Below are positions 46,842 through 56,832 of a stretch of 64,000 nt of DNA, piece after piece. Source of the DNA: Eubacteriales bacterium (GTDB taxonomy: Bacteria > Bacillota > Clostridia > Oscillospirales > CAG-272); the NCBI GenBank assembly GCA_045611685.1, contig JAZKXO010000097.1, forward strand, positions 78,780 to 142,779, read 5' to 3'. The translations under genes were made by a program, and so were the position numbers. Below the pieces are notes generated by a model. That model saw nothing but the letters and a program-made list of their open reading frames with translations. It made no database searches and had not been told where the DNA came from. Numbering within the stretch: position 1 is the first letter of the stretch; the number at the start of each line of letters is the position of its first letter.

Positions 46842-47683
46842 CAGGCGTCCTCCCTCTCGGATTTAAGAAGCGCGATCTCCTTTTTGTATCCGTCGAGATC
46901 GCACGGTGTTTCGAGATAAAACGGCTTGTCTCTCAAAGCGGGGTGATTGATGATCCGACGGATTCCGTCGAGCGTCAAAGATCCCTCGCCGATTTTCTCG
47001 TGGCGGTCCTTATGCGCACCGAGCGGATTTTTGCTGTCGTTTAAGTGGATCGCATAGAGACGGTCAAGACCCACCACCCGATCAAACTCAGCCAAAACGG
47101 CATCCGTATCGTCGGCGATATCGTATCCGCCGTCGTGGATGTGGCAGGTGTCAAGGCAGACACCCACCTTCGGGGCGATCTCGGGCGTGAGAAGATCGAG
47201 AATCGCACGGAGCTCCTCAAACCGTCCGCCGATTTCCGTACCCTTGCCCGCCATCGTTTCGAGAAGAACGGTGGTCGACTGCGCGGGCGTTATGATTGCG
47301 TTCAGCATATCGGCGATCATAACGATGCCCGCCTCCGCTCCCTGTCCCACGTGGCAGCCCGGGTGAAAGTTATAAAGCGAGCCGGGCAGGTGCTCTAAAA
47401 GGCGGAGCTCATCCGCCATTGCCTCCGCGGTATACTGTCTGATATGCGGATCCTTCGCACACGGATTATACGTGTAAGGCGCGTGCGCGAGCGCGGGGAA
47501 AAAGCCGTTTTCATCCATAAGACGGCGGAGCGCTTCTATATCGTCGGGAGAGGGCGTTTTCGATTTGCTCCCTCGGGGGTTCCTCGTAAAATACTGAAAA
47601 GTATTGGCGCCGGCATAGAGGGCGTCACGCCCCATAGCCTCGTAGCCGCCCGCGATCGAAATATGGCATCCTACTTTAAACAT
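46841..47683 (-). CDS. nfo: Deoxyribonuclease IV (endonuclease IV)
   Basis: VGCHISIAGG, FTRNPRG, LETMAGKGTEIG, HLNDSK motifs. Confidence 0.9.
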   Translation of the reverse strand: MFKVGCHISIAGGYEAMGRDALYAGANTFQYFTRNPRGSKSKTPSPDDIEALRRLMDENGFFPALAHAPYTYNPCAKDPHIRQYTAEAMADELRLLEHLPGSLYNFHPGCHVGQGAEAGIVMIADMLNAIITPAQSTTVLLETMAGKGTEIGGRFEELRAILDLLTPEIAPKVGVCLDTCHIHDGGYDIADDTDAVLAEFDRVVGLDRLYAIHLNDSKNPLGAHKDRHEKIGEGSLTLDGIRRIINHPALRDKPFYLETPCDLDGYKKEIALLKSEREDA

Positions 47684-47828
47684 ATTCTGTCCTTTCCCGC
47701 CTTAGCGGTACGCGATTTTTCTATCATTATTGTAACAATTTATGGAGTTTCTGTCAAGGCGGCGGAATGATCCCTGCCCCTTTGGCATACACTAAATCAC
47801 CGATAAAATAAAATGGGGGAGAACGCCT

Positions 47829-48665
47829 ATGGCCCGCCCGAAAAAATCAAAAATTCTAAGCCCGCGGTGCGTCGTTCTTCTCGTGAAGCGCTGGGCCGCC
47901 GTTTTCAGGCGGGATATGATCACGGTATACGCGGCGCAGGCCTCGTTCTTTTTAGTTTTGGCATCCGTGCCCTTCCTTATGCTGCTCATTACCGTAAGTA
48001 GATTCCTCTTTCGCTCGTCGGGGGATGCGATTCTCACACTTCTTGAGGGCATCTTCCCCGACACGCTCCGAGATACGTTTACACTGATCGCGGGGGAGCT
48101 CACCGAAATCGGCGGCATCTCCCTTTTGTCCGTCTCGGCGGCAACCGCACTTTGGAGTGCCTCGCGCGGTATGGCGGCACTCGAGCGGGGGCTCGCGGGC
48201 GTCTACGGTGTCAACGTGAGCCGCGGATTTTTTCGCGATATTCTCCGCTCGCTCGCCTATACCGTAGCGCTCATTTTTCTCATTTTCTCCTCGCTCATCC
48301 TCCTCGTATTCGGTGCCCAGATTGCCGACGGGATCATGTCGATCCTCCCTGCGCTCGAAAAACCGATCGAAGCGATCCTCGGCGCCCGCGGTTTGTTCGT
48401 TTTCTTCGGCCTTACGGGATTTTTCACCCTTGAGCATCGGGTGATCTTAAAAGGCGTACCCGTTCTCCCCGGTGCCGTTTTGTCCGCCGCCGGCTGGATG
48501 CTCTTTTCGTATCTCTACTCGCTCTATGTCCGCCTTTTTCCCCGCGCGTCCTATCTGTACGGCGGCCTCGCTCTCCTTATCGTGTGGATGCTGTGGCTCT
48601 ACTTTTGTATGATCATTTTTCTCATCGGTGCGGAGATCAACAAGGGCGTGCGGGGAATAAAATAA
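47829..48665 (+). CDS. YihY/BrkB-family membrane protein
   Basis: AAQASFFLVLASVPFL, six TM segments, and the family-typical C-terminal LIGAEIN. Confidence 0.85.
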   Translation: MARPKKSKILSPRCVVLLVKRWAAVFRRDMITVYAAQASFFLVLASVPFLMLLITVSRFLFRSSGDAILTLLEGIFPDTLRDTFTLIAGELTEIGGISLLSVSAATALWSASRGMAALERGLAGVYGVNVSRGFFRDILRSLAYTVALIFLIFSSLILLVFGAQIADGIMSILPALEKPIEAILGARGLFVFFGLTGFFTLEHRVILKGVPVLPGAVLSAAGWMLFSYLYSLYVRLFPRASYLYGGLALLIVWMLWLYFCMIIFLIGAEINKGVRGIK

Positions 48666-48696
48666 AAACGCTGTTCTCACGAACAGCGTTTTTTGT
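48664..48696. terminator. Bidirectional terminator
   Basis: AAACGCTGTTC tcac GAACAGCGTTT hairpin plus a T-run. Confidence 0.8.
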
Positions 48697-51327
48697 TCAG
48701 ATAAACTCCGTGAGATCCTCGCAGAGCAGCTTCTCTCTCGTAATCTCGTACCAGGTATCCTCGGTTACAAGATCGGTTTCGCGCGCGATCGCGTCCAGAA
48801 TATACGACGGATTGAGGTAACTTTGCGCACTGTTTGCCGTTACGGCATCGATCCGGATCGTGTTCGTCCCCGCATCATATGCGGCGGTGAGGCCACGGAT
48901 GAGTCCCGTGATATCAACCTCTTTCTCACCGCTTTTGGATTTTTTGAGCATCACGACGGGACGGGTGAATCGGTCGTTGATCCACGCGGCGTAGGAATCC
49001 GCGCACTTTGGCGAATGGATCACCATGGACGCCTCCGCCCACGCGATATCGGTAAGCTTGGTCGTGCGATCGTACACGTCAATAATCCGAACGCCGGCGG
49101 GCGCTACGGCACGCATACGGTGAAGCACTTCCTCGTTCGGAAGATCGGCGCGGATACGGAGATCCATCACCTCGCGGGCACCGCCCGTGCCGACGGACAA
49201 GGGCGACGCGAACACAAGCTTCGGGCGGGGGTTGTAGCCCTCGCTGTAATAGACGGGCAAGGCGGATCTCGTTACGATATGCGACATAATGCGCGCAAGA
49301 TCGAGATGTCCGATATAGAGCGCGGAATCCTCTTTTGCAAAGCGCACGCGGATCGGTCTGTATTCGATCTTTTGGGACGTCTCGGGCTGAGGTGCAGCTC
49401 TATTTTCGACAGGCGCAGAAGTTTCCACTGCGGCTTCTTTCATCGGTTGAGAAGCACCCGCGGGGCGCATTTTGCCGCCCGGACACCAAGTGCATTTCTC
49501 GGCATCGAGAAGCGTATTCACGCCGCATCCGGAGCACTGATCTTGGCAGCCGGGCGTGGGCGTACCCGCCATGGACTTATGGCGCTCCTTCAAAAGGAAC
49601 GCTTTCGACACGCCGCAGTCGATCATATCCCACGGCAGAATTTCGTCGTCGGGAATAGAGCGGTTAGCGTAAAACGCGGGATCGATGCCGGCACGGCGGA
49701 ACACGTCGAGCCATTTTTCGTAATCGAAAAACTCCTCCCACGCGTCAAAGCGCATGCCATCCCGCTGTGCAAGCTCGAGTGCATCCGCCAGGCGGCGGTC
49801 GCCGCGGGCGAAAACTGCCTCGATATGCGACGTGGACGCGTCGTGATAGTTGAAGCGGATCTTCCGATCGGTGATTCTCGAACGGATGAATTTCTGCTTT
49901 TCCGAAAGGCTCGCCATTGTATCCTGCCCCTCCCACTGGAACGGCGTCATCGGCTTCGGGATAAAGCAAGCGGCCGAGATCGTTACCTGCGGCGGACGGG
50001 CGCGGTTTCTTTCGGGGGTCTTATAGAATTCGTCTATAACGTGCTTCGCAAGATCGGCGATACCGGCAAGATCCTCCTCGGTTTCCCCGGGAAGCCCCGT
50101 CATAAAATAGAGTTTCACCTGATTCTTCCCCGCCGCAAACGCAATGTGGCAGGCATTCAGGATCTCCTCTTCCGTTACGTTTTTATTGATCACGTCGCGC
50201 AGACGCTGTGTGCCCGCCTCAGGGGCAAACGTAAGCGTGGACGTACGTACGGAGGATATCTTCTCCATCAGTTCCTTCGTGAAACTGTCCGCGCGCAACG
50301 ATGGGAGCGACAGATTGATCTGCCGATCGTTCGTCCATTTGAGAAGCGCGTCGGTGAGAGATGCAATATCGGTATAATCGCTGATCGAGAGCGACATGAG
50401 CGAGATCTCATCGTAGCCCGTGTTCTCGACCGTCGCACGAGCGAGATCACAGAGAACGGGCACGGATTTTTCTCTGACGGGACGGGAGATAAATCCCGCC
50501 TGACAGAAGCGGCATCCGCGCACGCATCCGCGGTATACTTCGAGCGTTACGCGATCCTGCACCGTTTCAATGAGCGGCATCACGGGAGCCGTCGGGACGA
50601 CGGTGTGATCCACGTCCTTGACGATGCGCTTTATTACTCGCGCGGGAACGTCGGGGTATTTCGGCGTGATCGCTTTGATCGTGCCGTCCTCGTGCCACGA
50701 TACGTCGTAGAGAGACGGCACGTAAAAGCCCTCGAGATGCGATGCTTCCCGCAAAAACGCCGCTTTCGTATACGTTTTGTTTTCCTTCATGGAAATATAC
50801 AGCCGCGCAAGCTCGGGGAGCGCCTCCTCGCCCTCACCGATCGAGAAAATATCGACAAACGGTGCCATCGGCTCGGGATTGTACGCACACGGTCCACCGG
50901 CTAAGATGATCGGTGCATCCTCCGAACGCGCATCGGCACGAAGCGGGATGCCCGCAAGATCCATCATATTGAGAACGGTAGCATAGCACATCTCATACTG
51001 GAGCGTGAATGCGGCAATATCAAAATCGCCGACGCTATCCCCGCTTTCATGGGTGAACAAGGGAATTTTGCGCGCGCGCATCTCTTTTTCCATGTCGATC
51101 CACGGTGCGTACACGCGCTCGCACCAGACGCCGTCCACCTCATTGAGTGCCTGGCAAAGAATCCGCATACCCAAATTGGACATACCGATCTCGTACGTAT
51201 CGGGGAAACAGAACGCAACGCGGAGTTTTACGCTCGCTGAATCCTTATATACGGAGCCGGGTTCGCCGCCTGTGTAGCGGCCGGGCTTTTCTATCTTCCC
51301 TAAAAAAGGGCGAATGTCATCTCTCAT
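48697..51327 (-). CDS. B12-binding-domain radical SAM protein fused to a DUF2344-like C-terminal domain (TIGR03960/TIGR03936-type)
   Basis: Trimmed to ATG 51327. KPGRYTGGE, YRGCVRGCRFCQAG (CxxxCxxC). C-terminal IRVRFAKEDSALYIGHLDL. Confidence 0.85.
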   Translation of the reverse strand: MRDDIRPFLGKIEKPGRYTGGEPGSVYKDSASVKLRVAFCFPDTYEIGMSNLGMRILCQALNEVDGVWCERVYAPWIDMEKEMRARKIPLFTHESGDSVGDFDIAAFTLQYEMCYATVLNMMDLAGIPLRADARSEDAPIILAGGPCAYNPEPMAPFVDIFSIGEGEEALPELARLYISMKENKTYTKAAFLREASHLEGFYVPSLYDVSWHEDGTIKAITPKYPDVPARVIKRIVKDVDHTVVPTAPVMPLIETVQDRVTLEVYRGCVRGCRFCQAGFISRPVREKSVPVLCDLARATVENTGYDEISLMSLSISDYTDIASLTDALLKWTNDRQINLSLPSLRADSFTKELMEKISSVRTSTLTFAPEAGTQRLRDVINKNVTEEEILNACHIAFAAGKNQVKLYFMTGLPGETEEDLAGIADLAKHVIDEFYKTPERNRARPPQVTISAACFIPKPMTPFQWEGQDTMASLSEKQKFIRSRITDRKIRFNYHDASTSHIEAVFARGDRRLADALELAQRDGMRFDAWEEFFDYEKWLDVFRRAGIDPAFYANRSIPDDEILPWDMIDCGVSKAFLLKERHKSMAGTPTPGCQDQCSGCGVNTLLDAEKCTWCPGGKMRPAGASQPMKEAAVETSAPVENRAAPQPETSQKIEYRPIRVRFAKEDSALYIGHLDLARIMSHIVTRSALPVYYSEGYNPRPKLVFASPLSVGTGGAREVMDLRIRADLPNEEVLHRMRAVAPAGVRIIDVYDRTTKLTDIAWAEASMVIHSPKCADSYAAWINDRFTRPVVMLKKSKSGEKEVDITGLIRGLTAAYDAGTNTIRIDAVTANSAQSYLNPSYILDAIARETDLVTEDTWYEITREKLLCEDLTEFI

Positions 51328-51356
51328 AACAGTTCCTTTCAACGCTGACGTTGTGA

Positions 51357-51390
51357 GAAAAGAGGGAGGCTTTGACTCCTCCCTCTCCCT
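51357..51390 (-). terminator. Rho-independent terminator
   Basis: AGAGGGAGG ctttgact CCTCCCTCT hairpin. Confidence 0.65.
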
Positions 51391-51408
51391 TCGAGAAATA
51401 CTTTTTGT

Positions 51409-53847
51409 TTATTTGATAAACAGCTTTGCGGTAAGCATGGCGGGGATCATCCAGAACAGGTGATTCACCGCTACCATCCAGGAGCTTAAAGCGCCGATAT
51501 TTTGGGACATCGTAACGATTACCAGTATTGCCAAACTTACAACAGCAGATACGATACTGACGACGAGATTCGTATTCTTTACACTCAGAACCATATCGCA
51601 GTACGATACGACCTGCAAAAGCGATTTCGTCGTGCCGCGCGTAACGATACCGGAGTTCATGCGCTCGACGGTTTCCTCTTTCTCCGTGTTGCGGACGATC
51701 TTTAAGGGATACTTCTTACCGCGCACTTTCGAGAAAATCATTTCCTCATCAATATTGGGGTCGAGCGTCTTTACGCAAACGCACGTACCGCCGCGGGCAA
51801 ACTGACGAAGGATAAATTCAAAATCGGGATCCATTACGTAGCGAACGTACATCTTCGCGATGAGATCACCGTCGCGGAGCATATAGAGAATGCTGAGATC
51901 GCCCTGCACGTAGGAGTCCTCCTCCACCGTCTCCAGGGGGATATCGTAACCGAGCTCGGTCAGAACGTCGGATCTGCCGAACAGAATCCGACGGCCGTCC
52001 ACCACGGTTTCGAGATAACCGGCCTCGGCGGCGTGGACTTCCACGTCCTCGGAGCGGCCCATTTCAACCGTTGCGAGTTCAAACACGTCCGAGAGAGGTC
52101 CGCCTGCCGCGGAGAAGGAGCTGGCGGCGTAGTACAGAACGCGATCGATTCGATTATTATTGTAGATCTTGATGTTCTGCACCTTTACGCTGTACGAGGG
52201 GAATACGTTCTTGTCATCGAACGAAACGATCGACGCACCGGCATATTCGTCGAGAGAACACTCGCCGACGATCGTGCTGTCGTAATCGTACGCTTCGCGG
52301 TTCGCTTTGTAGAACGGATAACTGTATGTAAAGAACATAGACAGCGGTACACCGGCAACGAATGCAAGATACGCTGCGGTGATCGCGTCTTTACCCGTCG
52401 CTCCGCCGATGCGTGCAAACACGGCAATAAGAACGGCGGCGGCGGCCACAGCGGACAGGATCGCGCCCACGTACACGCGGGTCGTATGGAGAACGGCACC
52501 GGTACGGTCGAAATAACCGTCTACGAACTCCGTGCTCGTGATACGAAGAACGTCGGGGCTTTCCTCATCCGTTGCACCGAATGCACGGCTTTCCGAAACG
52601 CCCTCGCTCGGCGGGATACGGTTGAACACGTACTTCGGACGCTTGGAGGAGATAACGTTGAAGCTGAACACTTCACGCTTCGTATTGAAGTAAGCGTACA
52701 GAAGCGTCATAAACGCCGCAAGTGCCACGGGGAAATTGTAGAGAACCGGCTCCGTTCCAGCCTCAGCTGTAACAGCAAGGCCGACGGAATAGAGTACCGA
52801 GATAACGGAAAGAACGGAAAGCGCGCTTTCCGGCGTAGGTCTCAGCGTAACAAGATTCGTAAAGCCGGTGAAAATCTGCTCGTATGCGGCCGCCAAGGTG
52901 AGGAGCAAGAGCTGCAGGCTCATCATGATATAGACAACCGGATATACAGCGGGATCGAGCGCGCCGGCAAACTGCACACCGAAAATCGTGATGTTCTCAT
53001 AGAAGAACAAAAGTGCGGTCAGAATCGCGGCGGCGATCATCTTGATTTTCAAAGAGCCGAGCGAAAACTTATACGCAGCAGCGATCTGCGGCGTCTGCGA
53101 GCGGTCTGTGTACTCAAACTCCTGCGCCCGCTTCTGCTGTTTATCGATCTCGCGCTGCTCAGCGTCCATCCGTGCAGCGATCTGCTCTGCAGCACCTGCG
53201 CCAAGTCTGTCATCGAGTTGATCCTCGAGCCCGAGCGCAACCATGAGATTGATATCCGTATCGTCTATTTCGTGCTCTTCGGCTTCATCCTCCGACACAT
53301 CTTGTTGTTCGTCGGATTCATCATACGCCTCTTCGCCGTCTTCTTCGGATTCTTCCTCGGCTTGTTCTTCGTCTTCGACGGAATCGCCGTCGGGAATTTC
53401 GTCTTGTGCCTTATCGGCTACCGTTTCGGCCTGCCACTCAAAGAACAGATTCTTCATCTCGCCCGCATCTTCCGATTCATCGGCATCCTCCTCGGAAGCA
53501 TCTTCCGCTTCGTCTGTCATTTCCTCGGAAATCTCGTCAAAAATCGCGCTGTCGGGAGCGATGATATCGTCATCATCCTCCTCGACCTGACGGCGAAGAC
53601 GGGCGAAAAAATTCGAGAAGGATTTTTTCTCCTCGACCTCTTCAAAGGCCTCCTCGTCCGCATCCTCCGCGGGTACTTCCTCGTACTCTTCGGTCTCGGC
53701 GGTCTCTTTTTTCAAAGGCTCTTCATCCGCATATTCCGGAAGATACTTTTGCAAAAGATCCTGAATGTTCAGTTCGCTGTCGTTGCCGGCTTCCTCCCGG
53801 CGATTTTTGTTCTGTGCGGAATTGAATTCTGTACTCATAGCCAACAC
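51409..53847 (-). CDS. Polytopic membrane protein with P1B-type-ATPase-like architecture, degenerate catalytic motifs, and a ~250-aa hyper-acidic N-terminal region
   Basis: The layout is TM bundle, soluble insert, TM pair, HAD-like domain, then C-terminal TM pair. The sequence reads SFDDKNVFP where FDKTGTLT is expected, AGVPLSM where CPC is expected, and no GDGxND. The N-terminus is >40 percent D/E. The start is ambiguous (GTG 53847 with GAGGA 6 nt upstream, ATG 53838, or TTG 53853). Confidence 0.6.
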   Translation of the reverse strand: MLAMSTEFNSAQNKNRREEAGNDSELNIQDLLQKYLPEYADEEPLKKETAETEEYEEVPAEDADEEAFEEVEEKKSFSNFFARLRRQVEEDDDDIIAPDSAIFDEISEEMTDEAEDASEEDADESEDAGEMKNLFFEWQAETVADKAQDEIPDGDSVEDEEQAEEESEEDGEEAYDESDEQQDVSEDEAEEHEIDDTDINLMVALGLEDQLDDRLGAGAAEQIAARMDAEQREIDKQQKRAQEFEYTDRSQTPQIAAAYKFSLGSLKIKMIAAAILTALLFFYENITIFGVQFAGALDPAVYPVVYIMMSLQLLLLTLAAAYEQIFTGFTNLVTLRPTPESALSVLSVISVLYSVGLAVTAEAGTEPVLYNFPVALAAFMTLLYAYFNTKREVFSFNVISSKRPKYVFNRIPPSEGVSESRAFGATDEESPDVLRITSTEFVDGYFDRTGAVLHTTRVYVGAILSAVAAAAVLIAVFARIGGATGKDAITAAYLAFVAGVPLSMFFTYSYPFYKANREAYDYDSTIVGECSLDEYAGASIVSFDDKNVFPSYSVKVQNIKIYNNNRIDRVLYYAASSFSAAGGPLSDVFELATVEMGRSEDVEVHAAEAGYLETVVDGRRILFGRSDVLTELGYDIPLETVEEDSYVQGDLSILYMLRDGDLIAKMYVRYVMDPDFEFILRQFARGGTCVCVKTLDPNIDEEMIFSKVRGKKYPLKIVRNTEKEETVERMNSGIVTRGTTKSLLQVVSYCDMVLSVKNTNLVVSIVSAVVSLAILVIVTMSQNIGALSSWMVAVNHLFWMIPAMLTAKLFIK

Positions 53848-53887
53848 ATCCAATCCTCAAAATTTTGTTTTATCATCCCAAAGTGGA

Positions 53888-54754
53888 TTATAAGCGCTGC
53901 ATCCGCGCCGCATGGCAAAGGATGACGGAAGCAGCGGTCGAGACGTTCAAAGAGTTTACCTTTCCGTACATCGGAATGGATACGATAAAATCGCTGCGGT
54001 CGCGTACAAGCCGGCTGACGCCCTCGCCCTCACTGCCGAAGACGACAGCGGCACCGACGTTCCAGTCCGTTTCGTAGTACGGCGTGCCGCCCGCCTCGGC
54101 GGTAAAGATCCAAAGGCCCATCTCTTTGAGCTCTTCGATCGTAGATGCGATATTCTGCACCTTGGCGATCGCCATATGCTCAAGCGCACCCGCGGACGCG
54201 TTCGTTACGACAGGGGTGAGTCCGACCGCGCGGCGCTTGGGCAGAATAATACCGTGCGCACCGGCACACTCGGCACAGCGGATCATGGCACCCAGATTGT
54301 GCGGGTCCTCGATGCCGTCCGCGATCACGATGAGCGGTTTTTCTCCGCGCTCGCGCGCGATATTTACAATTTCCTCGACGGTAACGTACTGTTTTTCCGC
54401 CGCCATGGCAACTACGCCCTGATGATGCGCGCCCATCGTCATATTATCGAGCTTCTGCGCATCAACCTCGATCACCGGAACGCCGAGACGGATCGCCTCC
54501 GCCACGATGACGGTTATGGAACCTTCTCTGTCGCCGGCACGAACGAAGATCTTATCGATCGACCGCTCGGATTTGAGAAGCTCTCTGACGGAATTTCGGC
54601 CGCAGACAATGTTCTCGGGCAGAACTGTTTCCTTCCCAGTCTCACTCGTGGGTCTCGGTCCTCGACGGTCGTTCCCGAATCGGGAACCGCCGCGTTTATC
54701 ATATGTTTTTTTCGGATAGCCGCCTGCGCGGCCTTTTTCGGAATTATAAGCCAT
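53888..54754 (-). CDS. rlmB: 23S rRNA (guanosine-2'-O)-methyltransferase RlmB (SpoU/TrmH family) with an R/G-rich N-terminal tail
   Basis: GRNSVRELLK, PHNLGAMIRCAECAGAHGIILP, SLNVSTAASVIL SPOUT motifs. ATG 54754 is preferred, and ATG 54805 is possible. Confidence 0.85.
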   Translation of the reverse strand: MAYNSEKGRAGGYPKKTYDKRGGSRFGNDRRGPRPTSETGKETVLPENIVCGRNSVRELLKSERSIDKIFVRAGDREGSITVIVAEAIRLGVPVIEVDAQKLDNMTMGAHHQGVVAMAAEKQYVTVEEIVNIARERGEKPLIVIADGIEDPHNLGAMIRCAECAGAHGIILPKRRAVGLTPVVTNASAGALEHMAIAKVQNIASTIEELKEMGLWIFTAEAGGTPYYETDWNVGAAVVFGSEGEGVSRLVRDRSDFIVSIPMYGKVNSLNVSTAASVILCHAARMQRL

Positions 54755-54919
54755 TTTTTCACCCGGCTGATGCCGGTCCTTTCCGATTTGGGCATAAGGA
54801 TACATTCTCTGACTATTATAACATATCTTTTCCGATTTGTATATACATTTTTATTTTTTTATGCCGAAAATTGTCTCCAAAACGAGAAAGTCTTGCCTCG
54901 TTTTCCCTGAAAAACGGAA

Positions 54920-54949
54920 AAAGGAGATGCGATCATTCGCATCTCCTTT
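54920..54949 (-). terminator. Rho-independent terminator of the zinc-ribbon gene
   Basis: AAAGGAGATGCGA tcat TCGCATCTCCTTT perfect 13-bp stem. Confidence 0.8.
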
Positions 54950-54989
54950 AATACACCGTGACAATGGTTCTTAAAGAACGGCAGAAAGA

Positions 54990-55268
54990 TTACTGCTGCT
55001 CCTTGATTGCTGCAAAGCACTCGCTGCAGTAAACCGGTCTGTCATTGCTGGGCTGGAAAGGAACCTTTGCTTCCTTACCGCATCTTGCGCAAACAGTGGT
55101 GAACATCTCTCTCTGCGCCTTGCTGGCGTTCTTACGAGCGTCGCGGCAATTCTTGCAACGCTGGGGCTCGTTCTGGAAGCCCTTCTCTGCGTAGAATTCC
55201 TGCTCACCTGCGGTGAATACAAATTCGTTGCCGCACTCTTTGCACGTCAGTGTCTTGTCCTGGTACAT
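54990..55268 (-). CDS. Small zinc-ribbon protein with four CxxC pairs
   Basis: 92 aa. CKECG...CKNC...CARCG...CSEC, duplicated zinc-ribbon arrangement. Confidence 0.75.
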   Translation of the reverse strand: MYQDKTLTCKECGNEFVFTAGEQEFYAEKGFQNEPQRCKNCRDARKNASKAQREMFTTVCARCGKEAKVPFQPSNDRPVYCSECFAAIKEQQ

Positions 55269-55417
55269 GTTTAAAACCTCGCTTAAAATAAAAGGATAAA
55301 ATTTTTGCCCTCGACGGAGTTCAACCGTCACCTTTGGATTACAACGCTCTTGCATTAAGCTATTCGGGCTTACATATTGAAATGCGCACGAAAATCGGGC
55401 ACACTAATATCGGGGAG

Positions 55418-55996
55418 TCAGTTAGAAAGCAAGCCTTTAATCTTAACGCGAATCCGGTACAATGCGTTGCTGACGGATTTCTCCGTCTTTCCAACGTTTC
55501 CAGAGATGCATTTCACGGACCTGCCGCTGATATACTGCTCAAATATGGAATTTTCGTAAGGCGAAAGGGCACTTCGAATGCGTGCGGTCAAAGCCGCTGC
55601 CTCTGCTTGGGATACAAGCTCCGAGAGCGGATCTCCTGCCCCGCCGCGCGCGGCGTTTGATTCGCTTTTGCTCTTCGAACGCGCCGCCGATGCGGATTTC
55701 CGCAAAAGGGAGATAAGGGAATTGCGGATACATATTTTCGCATACAAACCGAACGTAACATCACTCTGCCGTGCATCGTACGATGCCGCGGCGCGATACA
55801 GCGCCAAACGCGCTTCCTGCTCCAAATCCTGCACGGAGATTGCGGAAATGTCCGCCGTATCCTTGAAGGAATCAATGAACCGCTCGCTCATCGAACGGAT
55901 GAGCGGGGCGTACTGTTCGGTAAGACTGCTGAAAGCATTTTCGTCTCCGCACGCCACAGCCGTGAGGAGGTCGTGGATTTCTTTAGTCAAAGGCAC
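55418..55996 (-). CDS. Sigma-70 family RNA polymerase sigma factor (SigH-like regions 2 and 4)
   Basis: Region 2 (DLEQEARLALYRAAASYD ... FGLYAKICIRNSLISLLRK) and region 4 HTH (LSPYENSIFEQYISGRSVKCISGNVGKTEKSVSNALYRIRVKI) resemble B. subtilis SigH. Confidence 0.75.
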   Translation of the reverse strand: MPLTKEIHDLLTAVACGDENAFSSLTEQYAPLIRSMSERFIDSFKDTADISAISVQDLEQEARLALYRAAASYDARQSDVTFGLYAKICIRNSLISLLRKSASAARSKSKSESNAARGGAGDPLSELVSQAEAAALTARIRSALSPYENSIFEQYISGRSVKCISGNVGKTEKSVSNALYRIRVKIKGLLSN

Positions 55997-56152
55997 CCAC
56001 CTTAAATCTTTACAGATTTATGAATACATTATATCATAAATCACAAATTTGTCAATAGTTAACGAAAAGTTTTTTCATTTTGTATATATTTTGGGCGATA
56101 GAATGGGAATTTTTCGGAGAAATTTTCACTTTTTCAACATTCTTTTTCATTT

Positions 56153-56728
56153 TTATTCAAAAATGTAATTCACGTCTCCGGTGAGAAGCGCCAGTATTCC
56201 GCGGTAAATAATCTCCGGTCTGTCCGCAAAATTCTTCGTGATCCGCTCAAGCCGGCGGCGGTCATCCACGCGGAGATCCACGCCGAGAACCTTTCCGTCT
56301 TTGTCCTTGATTGAGCAGTGATACATAAAGCCTTCGCCCAAAGAATCATAGTTCTGATCGACCGCCGCGCCGAGCCTTTTCAGTGAAAGGTGTCTGAGTG
56401 CACTGCGCTCACCCTGCTCGCGCACGGTGATCATGAGGTTCTCGCCGAGCACGTGCGCGACCTCGCGGCCGGTATCCGTGATCTCAAACTGTTCTTCCCC
56501 GTCAGCATCCTCGGATAAATGGAGTTGTGCGACATCCTCGCTCGCGCGGGCGATATGGCCGGCATCAAGGAGCTGAAAAAAGCAATCCGCGAAATCGAAA
56601 AAGCGGACGATCCCATCCTGCACAACGATCGAGCCGATCGTGTTGTAATCGAGCGGATACCCGATTTTATCAAGCAAAAACAGAATAAATATTTTAATTT
56701 CGTTTTTATCGCGCAAGGGAGCCGGCAT
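56153..56728 (-). CDS. DUF4364-family (PadR-like winged-helix) protein
   Basis: ATG 56728 is chosen (GGAGA, 6 nt). EIKIFILFLLDKIGYPLDYNTIGSIV is typical of DUF4364. Confidence 0.7.
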   Translation of the reverse strand: MPAPLRDKNEIKIFILFLLDKIGYPLDYNTIGSIVVQDGIVRFFDFADCFFQLLDAGHIARASEDVAQLHLSEDADGEEQFEITDTGREVAHVLGENLMITVREQGERSALRHLSLKRLGAAVDQNYDSLGEGFMYHCSIKDKDGKVLGVDLRVDDRRRLERITKNFADRPEIIYRGILALLTGDVNYIFE

Positions 56729-56760
56729 AGACATTCTCCTTTCCAAAGGCACCGAGGGCA

Positions 56761-56795
56761 AAAACCGGGAGGTATTTCTACCTCCCGATTGAAAA
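56761..56795 (-). terminator. Rho-independent terminator of the SBP gene
   Basis: CGGGAGGTA tttc TACCTCCCG hairpin flanked by A/T runs. Confidence 0.75.
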
Positions 56796-56832
56796 CACGC
56801 GGTGGTTTAATTGTTAAGTGTAAGAGAACCGA

